A DNA stretch of 56,696 nt, the filler included, from Bipalium vagum (lineage: Eukaryota), in NCBI GenBank assembly GCA_037834085.1. It is 3 parts of 3 records of this genome, joined end to end, with 100 filler letters (N's around TTAATTAATTAA, not from the genome) between each part and the next. Parts side by side here need not be neighbours in the genome. Positions count along the whole stretch, not along the records: positions 1 to 21,501 come from JBBMKC010236469.1; positions 21,602 to 41,019 come from JBBMKC010003543.1; 1 more part is not named here. One strand, given 5' to 3'. The notes beneath the pieces are model-generated. The model saw only the letters and a list, made by a program, of their open reading frames with translations. It searched no databases and had not been told where the DNA came from. The position numbers were made by a program, and so were the translations under genes. Below are positions 14,690-26,329 of the stretch, one piece after another. Position 1 is the stretch's first letter; each line of letters begins with the position of its first letter.

Positions 14690-15660
14690 CACATCATTGT
14701 TTTCCATCTTTCAGGTAATTGACGAATTCCAGGGCGATAGAAAGTTTAAGGTTTTGAGGCAAGGAAATTATCTAGAAATCCGCGTATTTAAGAAATATTT
14801 GTGAAATGACATCCGGATAAAAATTGTTACATTGAACGAAACAGATGATAATCTGTATGAACTAGGTCAGGAACTCCCCATCATAATTGTAAGATCATTA
14901 AGTTACCGTATCTTTAGTTACATGTAGCCTAATATTGTTAATCTTAAGCAACACTTTTCAGAAGTCTTTCTTCTTTATTTTCTAAGCCAGATGCGTTTTC
15001 TGTTTTCTGTTTAACGTTCGGCATTAAATTTCACCTACTTGAAGGAACTCATAATAAAAAGGACCTTTCATATCCAACCACATGCAAGGTAGCACCTTTT
15101 GTTATTTTGCCACTGAAGTATCTGGCATACTATGGTCCCTCCACAAATGTCTGCGCTTATGATTATTCTAAGTAATCCGTTTTTATCTCAGAGTGACAAT
15201 ATTACACAATAAGTTTTTTTTCTAGAGAGAAGCGACGCACATTTCGTTAACCAACATAAAATATTGCTTATGATTTTTTCCCATTTTAGGTAACCGTTTG
15301 CTAAATGTTTCTTGATTGACTTCAAGTTGTTTGATCAATTCTGCTCGCGTCTGAGCAGTATTCTCACTTAGTACATCTTCCAACCTTCGATGAGCATCTT
15401 GATCAGTGACATTAAAAAATTCCAAACCAAAATTTTCATGTCGTAAAAATTGCTTTATTCCAAGTATAAAACATATCAATTTAATTGCTTCAGCAGTATT
15501 TTTGCCTTACTAAAACTTATATCTTATGCAGTGTCAAATGTATGTGTTTTTTCATTGCTTTTCAACGATATTTTTTTAATATTATATAACAAACTAAATA
15601 ACAATAAGCGTTTTAAAAACTTTATTATCCAAATTACCAAAGTATAATTTGTCAAGAGTT
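14690..15660 (-). mobile_element. mariner (mauritiana-like) pseudogene inside the last srGAP-like intron
   Basis: LEDVLSENTAQTRAELIKQLEVNQETFSKRLPKMGK (ORF 15222-15479); PDLVHTDYHLFRSM...FYRPGIRQLPERWK at the 3' end. Confidence 0.8.
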
Positions 15661-16659
15661 GTTAGATTCTTATTTGGATTATTTAGACAATGTCCAAAAT
15701 ATGACTTTACACTGATATATTATTATACACTATTAAATATTTAAATTCAATATATTTTTAAAAAAATATTGATTTCTGTTATTAAAAATTATTAAATTTT
15801 ATAATACTTATTTTTAATAAAGTACTTATAATTTTAATTTTATTAAATTATACTACTATTTTACATTTTATAATTATAATAATTTAATAAATAATAAAAT
15901 ACATTTAATTTTATAAAAAATTTCATTCTCACTATCTAACTTAATATTTCAATGAAAACCAATCAATACCTTTTCTGTAAATAATGTTGATGGATTAACA
16001 ATATCTCGAAACAGTAATAAATGATTTTTTCCAATATAGCTTTAATTTATCCTCTATCTTCTGCAATCCTTTTAACAAAACAAACAGAACCAATTTTTAA
16101 AAGTTAAAAACTAATTTCCGGGAAATAACAAATTATTTGAAAAAACTTTACTATATTAAGTAGTCTTCAAAAATGACATTCATTATAAATGAAAAATGAG
16201 TACCAAGCTTAACTTCAAATATATCAAAGTTTTATACTTACAATATTTAGTGAAATTTATATATTTAAAAAGTTTTTATTTAATGCTGATTAAATTGGCT
16301 GTCAAAAATAAAGGAAATTCGTGATATTTTATCTTGAAAATAATCATAAAAATATTATCAATTAATAATCAATTTTCAATATTAATTTCTTTATTGATTT
16401 TTTAATAATTAATAAGAATCGATAATTATAAAAATTATTAATTTAATAATTTAATTAAATGAACAGATAATTTTTTTATCATCGCTAATATTGTAAAAGA
16501 TTAATTGATATATCGAACCATTTGTAAATGCCCCATATATTTCTATGAAGAAAAAATCTTTTTGTAATAGTTTTGAGAAAAAAAGAAAATTATCTCAAAT
16601 ATTATTTAAATAATAAATGTAATTATAAAAAAAATAATTATATGAAAATAAAAATTTAC

Positions 16660-16763
16660 TTCTGCTAACGCTTTATCCAGTGATAATTCATCATCCGTTT
16701 TCAAGTTCTTCTTGGAATTAGAATAATAGCTTTCGCTTTCTGAACAATCTGTATCATCTTTAC
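16660..16763 (-). CDS. srGAP: srGAP-like internal exon (acidic/Ser linker, start of C-terminal coiled coil)
   Basis: ttattag|GTAAAGAT...GCAGAA|gtaaat; 104 nt, phase 1 to 0. GKDDTDCSESESYYSNSKKNLKTDDELSLDKALAE joins in frame to MMQGF. Confidence 0.75.
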
Positions 16764-16822
16764 CTAATAAAATGACCGATGGATGAAGACTGTTCATTGA
16801 CTTAATAATATATGCGAATAAC

Positions 16823-17020
16823 CTTCGTGAATCAAATCCACGTAATTATCACTTATACTGTCTGTATCCTGGAGGTTATTATCCCAAGTGTCATCACCAA
16901 TTTGCTCGTTGGACTGAGTGATTGATTCAGATTTTTTCAATGTATTGCTTTCGTATTGTTCTTCATCATCATCATGGTTATTATTATTATTGAAATACGT
17001 TCTATTTACACGCAAAAGAT
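16823..17020 (-). CDS. srGAP: srGAP-like internal exon (low-complexity Asn/Asp-rich linker)
   Basis: ttcttag|ATCTTTTG...GAAG|gttatt; 198 nt, phase 1 to 1; flanked by GT-AG introns of 43 nt (17021-17063) and 59 nt (16764-16822). Confidence 0.75.
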
Positions 17021-17063
17021 CTAAGAAAAATATTGATGAAGCAAATAAAGCATGTGAGAAAAC

Positions 17064-17294
17064 CTGTTATGTCACAGTTGAACGCTAAATATGAATGTGG
17101 AATAAGACCAATCTTAAGAGGGGTGATATTTTTATCATTATCTATGGCAATGTTAACACATCCTTCCCACCAATGAGAGTTTAACTGACGATATAATTTG
17201 ACAATTTGACCTTTGCGGAAATCTAATTCCCGTGATGAAGAACCAGTGAAATCTGCTACTGTTGTGGCATAAGTAAAAGACCGCAACTCTGGAT
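17064..17294 (-). CDS. srGAP: srGAP-like SH3-domain exon
   Basis: aaatag|ATCCAG...ACAG|gttttc; ADFTGSSSRELDFRKGQIVKLYRQLNSHWWEG...GLIPHSY is an SH3 resembling srGAP (RELSFKKG..WWEG..GLVPHQY). Confidence 0.88.
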
Positions 17295-18680
17295 CTATTT
17301 AAATTTAGTAAAATTTATTATTTCGTAGTAATTGTTCATATTAATTTAAAGTATTTGTTTAAATAATGATTTTCGATAATACAAAGTTTTTAAAAGTAGT
17401 TTAGTCTTCTTCATTTAGTTATTAATTTAGAGGAAGAATCCATTCAACCTATCATGGCGACCACACCAGGAAACCAACCAGCGGACGAAGTCTCGAAAAT
17501 GAAAAAGAAAGGTTAAGAAAAAGGAAATAAAAGTAAGAAACTCGGGGCGGTTGGATATCAGCTTCAAAGGATGGGGATGTGAGATAAATTGAAAATTATA
17601 AATAATTTTAAAATAAATTAGTTCAGCCAAATCTCACGGAATAAAAATTGATATCGCAAATTTGTGGAATTGATCCAATCTTGTAACACTTGTAACACTG
17701 TGCGACTAACTGTTTTAACCTGCATCATAGGACTATCATCAATGTTTATAGAAATACACAACAGTTTCACTGAGATTGTGTTATGCGATCAATTTTACCG
17801 TTCATTACGCTCAATAAATACTTTCAATAAATTATTCATCATCACAATCACTACAGCTTTGATTACAATTTAATGGATCGTTTTTCAGCTTAAAATGATA
17901 GGCATATTTTTATTTTCGGACAAAAGTTTATTGAAGTCTACAGACTTCGTTATTTTAATCATAGTACTTTATGTTGAAAGTTTTATTTTTATGGTATATA
18001 TTAGAAAAGAAATTAAATAAAGGAAAACAGTAAAGAAAAATATTTGATAAGATTTCTAGTACCGTTGATGACTGACAAAAAATTGAATAAATTATCATCA
18101 ACTGATTAAGATAAAAATTTGCGAAAGAAAATGGAAGTTGTCTCCTATTGACTTTTTGGAGAGATGGGTATGACATCTTTATTTCTTATGTCCCAGTTCT
18201 AAATTCTAATTTCCAAAGTTGATACAAGTTTTTCTTTTATCCAAAGTCTAGCGTATAAAATTTCATTAATTTTTAAAAAAAATTATATCTGCGCTATCTG
18301 TCTTATCAGAAAAACTCTCGCTATTTGCCAATTCTACAATCTCCTTCCTCTTTTCATCCATTTTTAGTCTGGTATTGTAATTAAATTAATAATTCAATTT
18401 GACTAAAAATTATCAAAAAATTCTTTTTAAAATACGTAAATGAAAAGAATTTTAAATAAAAAGACACAGTTATAAAAATTAACAAATTATGTGAAAAGAG
18501 ACATAAAAAGTGAATATTTCATAAACGTTAATAATTATAATTTTATATTCATCTTTAAACAAAATCTATAAGAATTTAAAGTGAAATTAATTTCATACAA
18601 ATCCTCTGTAATTTTTAATTAATAATTTTCTGTCAATCAATTAAAATTAGCCCTATAATGAAAAACAAAACACCCTATAC

Positions 18681-18794
18681 CGGAGAGTTTTCTTGTCAAC
18701 TGGGGCTTTGTCCAAACATCATCTTGTGCATTTCCTTTGGCGAAGGGGGGCAATTTTGTGCTCTGACAACGACCAATTACATTATTGTGTGAAC
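18681..18794 (-). CDS. srGAP-like exon upstream of SH3
   Basis: ttatcag|GTTCAC...TCCG|gtatag; 114 nt open, phase 1 to 1, joins the SH3 exon in frame (SHNNVIGRCQSTKLPPFAKGNAQDDVWTKPQLTRKLS-DPELR). Confidence 0.6.
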
Positions 18795-18836
18795 CTGATA
18801 AAATGATAAAGATTTCTCAAAATATTAATTTCAAAC

Positions 18837-18874
18837 TTATAGACTTGAGTGACTTTGATTCCAAGCTTTCAGAT
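18837..18874 (-). CDS. Small putative exon of the srGAP-like gene
   Basis: ttttag|ATCTGAAAG...ATAA|gtttga; 38 nt (SESLESKSLKSI); a 42-nt intron (18795-18836) keeps the frame. Confidence 0.5.
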
Positions 18875-21031
18875 CTAAAATGGAAAGGTTGTGTCAATAT
18901 TTCACAAGAAACCACCTTGTTTAATAATAAAAATAACATTTTCCAATTATAGTCCTCGTTAAAATTAACTGATTCACAATTTTTAGTTGAAATATTCAGT
19001 TACACGTCTATCTCTAACTGTTTTCACTTCTGGACATCCTCTTTAATTCCAATAATTGACATACGATTTTTAATCAACATTCCTCTTCTTAGGTAACTGA
19101 ATATGGTTGCCACATTTAGAAAAAATCTGAATTCAATTTTTCTCATATGGTGTCTTGAAAAAAATCATATAAAAGTAAGAATATATCGATTTGACTCTCA
19201 AATATCCTTTCAACGATGGAATATATCCAATTATGTATATATATTACAATTATCATTAAACACCATTGTGTCCCATGAAAGAAAGGAATGGTCAGACAAA
19301 AACATTTTTACAATAATTTCAAAAACTAATATTAAAATCATTTTATGACCAAATATTCAAAATTATAAAAAATAATTGATTTTATCTTTACACTATTGAA
19401 ATTCAAATTAATTAATATTATTCTATATTATTATATTTACTAAATTTAACTATTATTAATAATATTATCATATCGATTTATAAAAATAAAATAAAATTCT
19501 TTAGGAAGATTTCCAAATAATTTTTATATTTTATACTTTTCTTTGTAAAAGAAAAAACAGGAAAAATCTACAAAAATAGCCCAGTTTTAATCATATGATA
19601 AAAAAATCAACGGAAATTCAAGTTTTTTAAATTAATTAATTAAACATTTTTATTTAAAACAAAATTATTTAAAGCATGTTAGAAGTCTTTTTGTTCGAAA
19701 GTGATTGTAGTAAAATTTAATGAAAATTTTTTCGTTAATTTTTTTTTCAAATTTGAAAAAAACTCTCTTCGTCGCTTATTTCCCAAACCCAGATAGATTT
19801 GCTCGTAATAATATACTATTAAATAACTTTTTGATGTAGCATATTGTAAGGGCCAAACTCCAAATAGCTTTGATACATGAATGTAATAGTGTTTGGAGTA
19901 TTGGTCATAGTTTGGTAATTTTGTTAATGGTAAAGTATTAGATGAACTATCGATAGACATTGAAAAATATGAAGATTGACAAGTAGCCAAAATAATAAAT
20001 AACATTTGATAACTATATTCAAAATATCAGAGGCACATCGATATTGTTATTAGCCCGGAAGTAGTTTGATTCACGGATGATTTCAGTAGACAACATAGAG
20101 AATAGACAAGACTGAATTTCAAAATTTACAATTTACTGATTTTTTTGGATCATCACATTCCAATCCCCTTGGTGAATTACGGAATCACTTAATACTATAT
20201 TGAATATAAAATAGACTAAAGAGCATCAAAACACGTTCTCTCAAACTCAGCTGATTAATTATTAAGAGTAGAAAATTGAGTATTAAAGAATGAATTGTCA
20301 TAATTTCAGATAATTTCAGATTAAACTTTTCTGATAGTCCCTAAATAAAATTTATTCAACTTTCATTACTTAAGAAGTGAAATTCTATTCAATAGATTGT
20401 ACTCAAAAGTATTAGAACATTGTGACTAATAAGTTAAAAGCTTTTATGCATTAAGAGAATAAGAAATCGAGAGAGAAAAAATTAAGAGATCTACTCAAGG
20501 ATTGATAATCTTTTTAAATATATTGATTAAAAGTTTGACGTTACATTTTATTATATATATTCTTTAAATATATGACACAACAGAAAATAATATATAAAGT
20601 AAAAATTAAAAAATTAGAAATAAAAAAGCCGATAATCACAATATGAGTCAAAATTTCCAAAGCATTAGAGACTAAAAAAAATTATCGATTGAAACAGATT
20701 TTTATTTTTGTTTGAATATAAAGAAATATATTTAGTTTTATCATAATTTATTAAAAAATTTCAATCGATTTTTAATAAATTTATGACTTAAAGTTTAACA
20801 AAAAAAATATTTATAATTTCAAATGCCTTCTTGAAAAAAAGAATTTTCATTGAACATAAAAATTATACGAATTCTATTAGTCGAAACCTCAATTTAATTA
20901 CCAATAAATTTAAAATATGAAAACATAAAAAACTATTAATCTGGAGAACTAAGTCGTGAAAATGCACAGATCACAAAAAAGTGAAATTTTTTACACATCA
21001 ATATTATCTAACTCTCATCACTTATCTTAAC

Positions 21032-21091
21032 TGTATTTTCATCTGTCGAAACAGTTTTTGTAAAAGACTGGCTGTTGAGAAGTGAGTCTTC
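21032..21091 (-). CDS. Candidate further upstream exon of the srGAP-like gene
   Basis: ttaaag|GAAGAC...ATACA|gttaag; 60 nt, open in two frames, phase-compatible; no family motif recognised. Confidence 0.25.
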
Positions 21092-21116
21092 CTTTAATTT
21101 TAAAAACAAAAAAATA

Positions 21117-21501
21117 CACTAGTAAACATTCGTTTAAGCGCACTTAAGGAAATGAGTACACTTTATTCTTTATAATAGTAATAATTATAAATTTTAGTTA
21201 TATTATTCTTGCCGCAAAAACTAACCTAGAAAAACTAATTTTAAATTGAATTACATAATATGAGCCAAAATAGATTAAAAATTGTAAAAAAATACAAAAT
21301 AAAAGAAACATTCGTTTAAGCGCACTAACGAAAAAACATCTATAGTAATCAGCATTTATTCAAATTTGCTTAAGCAATAAACATATTTTGTAATTTAAAT
21401 TAAGTACATTTACATTATTTAGATAATAATTTATTTAGTCATATATTTTTTTAGTTATTACCCATGTCAAAAGGAAAATATTTAACAATTGAAGAAAAGA
21501 C
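21117..21501 (+). mobile_element. 5' end of a Tc3/Tc1-like transposon with IR/DR-type terminus, runs into gap
   Basis: TA|CACT start; 21-nt direct repeat AAACATTCGTTTAAGCGCACT at 21124 and 21306; ATG at 21464 gives MSKGKYLTIEEK. Confidence 0.65.
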
Positions 21502-21601
21502 NNNNNNNNNNNNNNNNNNNNNNNNNNNNNNNNNNNNNNNNNNNNTTAATTAATTAANNNNNNNNNNNNNNNNNNNNNNNNNNNNNNNNNNNNNNNNNNN
21601 N
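21502..21601. other. Assembly gap (N run with TTAATTAATTAA linker)
   Basis: 100 nt of N containing a 12-nt six-frame-stop linker. Confidence 0.97.
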
Positions 21602-21676
21602 TAATAAAAAATAAAAAAGCTATACTTGTTTTTCTTCTTTCATTTTATTTCCGAAAATATCGCACGCACCCTGTAT
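21602..21676. mobile_element. Terminal inverted repeat of a rosa/maT-type element after the gap
   Basis: Ends CACCCTG|TA (reverse complement TA|CAGGGTG), the same terminus type as at 50658 and, with one mismatch, 27140. Confidence 0.4.
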
Positions 21677-21771
21677 ATTTCAATTTAATTATAAATACTT
21701 GTTTAAATATTAACTTTTTGTAATGATATTTAAATAATGTAATCAAATATAACATGTCTTAGATAAATAAA

Positions 21772-22200
21772 ATGTCTAGAAATTTAACAGAATTACAAAG
21801 ATGTTGCATTGTAGCATTACGGAATAATGGAAATTCTTGGGCTTAAATATGTCAACAAATCTTGGAAAAGTACAACAAGACTGTGAAAAAACGCGGCATG
21901 CAATATATTTGGAAGAAATATCTCGAAACAGGTTCGGTGAGTGATAGGATGAGATAAGGCAGACCAACTATTGTTTCACCACAAGCTTCACGAGCTATGC
22001 ATTTGCAAAGCATTCCTTATATCACCAATAGATACAATTCAAGTTATGTCCGAAATGTATACATAACATAACATATGATATAGTTTAGACTAGAATTGTA
22101 CCACACAATCATAAGGTCTTTAAAAAGGTATAATCAAAATATTATGAGGTCAAAAACATTGATAACCTGAAAATCAATACAAAAAAATCGTTTAGATTTT
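21772..22200 (+). mobile_element. Tc1-like transposase N-terminal remnant
   Basis: MSRNLTELQRCCIVALRNNGNSWA*ICQQ...IWKKYLETGSVSDRMR*GRPTIVS (HTH plus GRP AT-hook). Confidence 0.7.
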
Positions 22201-22321
22201 AGATAAATGAGCGTTACCATTCAAATTCTTTATTATAATTTTATTAAATTTATATATTTACAAAATTGTATTATTGATTTAACTAAAATTTGTTTCATAT
22301 TATAATTTACATTATTTAAAT

Positions 22322-22596
22322 CAGTGGCCTTCAACCTGTGCGATATCGCCCACTAGTGGGCATTTTGAAATATTGGGTGGGTGTTAGGAAGAAGTCCTTG
22401 GCATCGAAACATCAAGCACAGGGGTCTCATTAACTCTTTCAACTACTATACTAGTTGTAGATATTGCATTCTGTTTTGTCAATAAACATTATTTGGATGT
22501 TAACACGTTTTTCAAAGTTTGGATGGGCGATAGATTTTCTTATAGATGGGAATGTAGCAAAAGTAGGCGTTAGGCTAAAAAGGTTGAAGGCCATTG
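22322..22596. mobile_element. hAT (Charlie-like) MITE, 275 bp
   Basis: TIRs CAGTGGCCTTCAACCT / AGGTTGAAGGCCATTG (15/16 match); perfect 8-bp TSD ATTTAAAT at 22314-22321 and 22597-22604. Confidence 0.88.
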
Positions 22597-22872
22597 ATTT
22601 AAATTGTGTATATAAATACTTTCTAGGCATAATATACTTAAAATTGTTATAAATATTTTAATTTTAATTCAAAAATATATTGAATTATGCAAAATTATAT
22701 TTTAAAAGTAATATTTATAATTTTTCATATAATCTTAGTTATTATTTTGAATAACTTAAGCCTTGGGAATAGTTAAAAGTTTTAATTTGTATATGATGAT
22801 ACTTAGAAATCACTGATTATCAAAAATTGAGCCATGTGGGAAAAAAACTTATATAGCTCCTTTTTGGCTATT

Positions 22873-24269
22873 TATTAGGTGTACAACTATGACTTCGGCT
22901 TTTTTTTAAATGACAATAAAAATTTTAGTTTGCATATATATCTAAATTATATTGGGAAGAATTTCGGTAGATGTACCACCAAGGTCATCTTTTGTTTAAA
23001 TATTTAATTTAACATTTTATTTTTAATATTTATTGTTAGATGTCAGGGGTTATTTCAGCAGTTATTTCAGCTATAATTTATTTCAATTATAATGCATTAC
23101 TTGAGATATATATTAATAAAGCTGCTTTATTTGATTAATTAAAACAAGCGTCAAAAAGTGGTACATCTACCGACAGAGATTCTTACATTGAATTGATTTA
23201 TAAACAAAAATATCATATAATTAATAATATCACGAGACAGTTGTTTTAATATTCCTTGTTTAAATATTATAGCGATTCAAAATGTCGATATTCATCCCAA
23301 ATAAACGACATTTGCGGGAATTAATTCTAAATTACTTTATTGCCAAACACACTGCAGCGGAAACGTACCGCTTCCTTCGAGATGCCTTTGAAGACCATGT
23401 CACAAAAACAATGTGAAGATAGAGATTTGAGAAGGCTTTTGAACGAAGACCCATGCCAAACACAATCTGATCTGGTTATCGCATTAAATGTGACTCAGCA
23501 ATACATTTCAAAACGTCTAGAAGCTTTAAAAATTATTCTAAAATTAGGAATTTGAATCCCATATGAATTGACAGAAAGATGCATTGAACGGCGAAAAACA
23601 ATTTGTGATGTCCTTCTTCAGAGACAAAAAAGGAAAAGTTTTTTGCATCGAATTATCACATGAGACGAAAAATGGATTCGTTATGACAATCCAAAACGCA
23701 AAACAGCTTTGGTGATGCCAGGTGAACCCGGTCCATCAACACCGAAACAAAATGTCCACGGTTTGAAAGTTATGTTGTGTATCTGGTGGATCGGAGTGAT
23801 CTATTACGAATTTTTAAAATCTTCTCAAACACTAACTGGTGAACTTTATCCATCACAATTGAAGCAAGTTTTGAATGAAAAACGACCGGAATTGGTGACT
23901 AGACACGAAAAGATAATTTTACAACATGATAACGCAAGACCACATGTTAATTCAGTTGTAAATAATTACTTAGAAGGTACAAAGTTGGAAGTCTTACCTC
24001 ACCGGCCTATTCACCAGACATCACTACTTCGGATTACTATTTGTTCTGCTCTTAGCAATCAGCACTTTCCAGAGAGCGGTTCAGTTCCCTTGAAGACCTC
24101 CAAAATTGGATTGTCAGCTGAATTTCATCAAAAGACCCAGAGTTTTTCTTTCATGGAATTCATTCGTTACCTGAAAGGTGGACAAAGGTTGTAGTTTCCA
24201 ATGGAACATATTTTCAATCAATGTTTTAAAATAAAATTTGTAATAAATGTCTTTGTTTTATACCTAATA
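22873..24269 (+). mobile_element. Near full-length mariner (mauritiana/Mos1-like), pseudogenised
   Basis: Left TIR TATTAGGTGTACAAC, right GTTTTATACCTAATA; ATG 23282 MSIFIPNKRHLRE; *IPYELTER, RIIT*DEKWIRYDNPKRK, HDNARPH, YSPDITTSDY, PERWTKVVVSNG; internal deletion and stops. Confidence 0.92.
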
Positions 24270-24524
24270 AAAACAGAATATCCAATATTATCGAAACTAC
24301 TCATACTTTCTCTTCTTCATTTTACCTCTACTTATTTGTATCATCATTTTCGACACTGACTTAGTATTAAGACAAAATATCGATCGATTTTTAAATACCT
24401 GGAATTAGTACCGAGACCAGTCATCACCGAAATAGATCCAAGATTTGATTTTGATGCCAGAATATATGCAGAATCGTTGTTATTATTTAATTTTTTGGAG
24501 TTAAAAATTTTTTTATTTTAGTTC

Positions 24525-24590
24525 CTATGGGACGCGACTGTTAATAGGACTGTAAATTGGGTCGCAACATAAATATTTTGAAGACCATTG
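24525..24590. mobile_element. Solo end of a Charlie-like hAT element
   Basis: GGGACGCGA and GGGTCGCAA subterminal motifs, then TTGAAGACCATTG followed by ATTTAGAT, similar to the MITE end at 22596. Confidence 0.45.
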
Positions 24591-24699
24591 ATTTAGATTA
24601 CAATTTTTTCACAGATGCATAAATATTTTCAAAATAAATGTAGGAAAAAAATAAATTACTCTGAAATTAAAAATAGAATTTCTCAATTTTTAAGAATAT

Positions 24700-25090
24700 T
24701 CGTATAAACTAAAATAAACCTTATGAAGTAAAAACATTATTAGTATAATATTAGTTTGAAAGGAGCTGTTATCTTGTATTTTAAAATAAAAGATGGTGAT
24801 AATTATAAAGGTGATAATTTTATTAAAATTATTAACTACAAAAAACCCTAACTAGTGATCATACATGAAAAATAATACATCATAACGCGGTAAACTATAT
24901 ACTATTTACTATTCTATATCCTTCTCAGTTGAATACTATTAAAGAATATTTTAGTTCTTGTAAATCAAAATTATCAATATTTCGAAAAACCCAGCCAAGA
25001 ATATAAAAATTCAAATATCAAGGGTCTTGCATAAATTTTTCAATCTGATTTTCAGGATGATTTAGACATATATGTATGAGAAGACAGATT
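24700..25090 (+). mobile_element. Decayed IS630/Tc1-like DDE transposase C-terminal remnant
   Basis: VILYFKIKDGDNYKGDNFI and SQLNTIKEYFSSCKSK resemble YSPQLNPIEE.FSK.K. Confidence 0.4.
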
Positions 25091-26329
25091 GAAAAGGCTT
25101 TCATATAAATAAATAAAATTTAGTTTTTACTCTAGATTGAGTTATTTTAGAAAATATCCATTTATATATGACAATTTATTGTTCATTGATTATTAAATAC
25201 AACAATCGATTTAAATGACATATTGTCCATATGATCTTTTTTATTTTTCTGTACATAAAAATGAACTGGAATTCAGGTTCACAAACATTTCGAATTAATT
25301 ATTTAGTTTCTTAATACTGTTCTATAATTTTTCATTCTCTTTGTTCCTCCTATATGTGTAGTTTTCTACGATCTTGATAATTTTTTTTTAATTTAATACG
25401 ACCCTTTACCATTTAGATATTGTTGAAATTGAAAATCAATTTTTTGAAAAAATTTCTTTCGCTTATTTTTACTTCTAATTTATAATTTAATTATAATTTA
25501 AGACTTTATCAGATGTAACTATAATTAAAATAAGTTTCATTCTGTGAAATCAGAAACATCGATCGTATTTCTTGTATGACAGTGGTAAAAAGCTATCACC
25601 ATAATATGACAAAACACAAAACATTACGTGACGACTTGAAATAAAACGATTTGCTACATCTGGAATACTAATAATTTAGAAAGTGTGCAAAAGGAAAATA
25701 TGTTAATTAAACTAATTGAAGATTTAGTATAAATTATAAACTGCAAAATTTTCTGAATGTAATAGTGTAATGTAATAAATAGGTGTCTGTCGAATATATT
25801 AGGTTGTAACTTTTTTATGATTTTATTTTTTAATGGCTTTGCTTAACGATTTCATATTAATGTAATACCAAAAACATTTATTTGAAAAATCTCTTTCTGC
25901 TCTACAAAAGTACAGTAATGTTTCGTTGTCGAAGATGGAAAAAGTTGCTAAATAATAAAGGATATTATTTTATTGATTAATTTTTCATTATTATTTTTAA
26001 ATAAACATTTTATTTTTATTATTCAAAATCATGAAAAATATTACAAATATCGTTGAAATTCTTTTACAAATCCTTTATAAATTCATAATCTTTGTAAAAA
26101 CTTTTTTATTTTTATGCTCATTGAAAATGTTTGATAAGCTTTGCCTTAAACAACTTTTGAAAGTCCTTAACCTTTTTACGTATTTACTGAATTCTCTATT
26201 TTTTTCAATTGTTTCATCTTCAGACCACAAACAAATGTCATTGTACTCACGTTTCCATTTTTTATTAATCCTGTTGAAAACATTTCTCGCATTCAGCAAA
26301 TCATTGATACCAGTGAGATAAACAAATAT

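Noticed and set aside
19679-20005. ORF with KLFGV motif as the possible start of the srGAP RhoGAP domain
   Set aside because: Only four residues match, no clean splice sites found, and no downstream GAP motifs
21546-21557. TTAATTAATTAA palindrome within N runs (also 41064-41075)
   Set aside because: Artificial six-frame-stop scaffolding linker, not biological
24399-24500. Minus-strand open stretch NNNNDSAYILASKSNLGSISVMTGLGTNS with a CAG|GTATTT donor as a host exon
   Set aside because: No in-frame acceptor before an upstream stop, and separated from the gene by an assembly gap
26075-26299. Minus-strand ORF as an F-BAR exon or a Chapaev-like transposase tail (E..FQQD..KMET)
   Set aside because: Similarity too weak to choose between interpretations, and no supported splice sites
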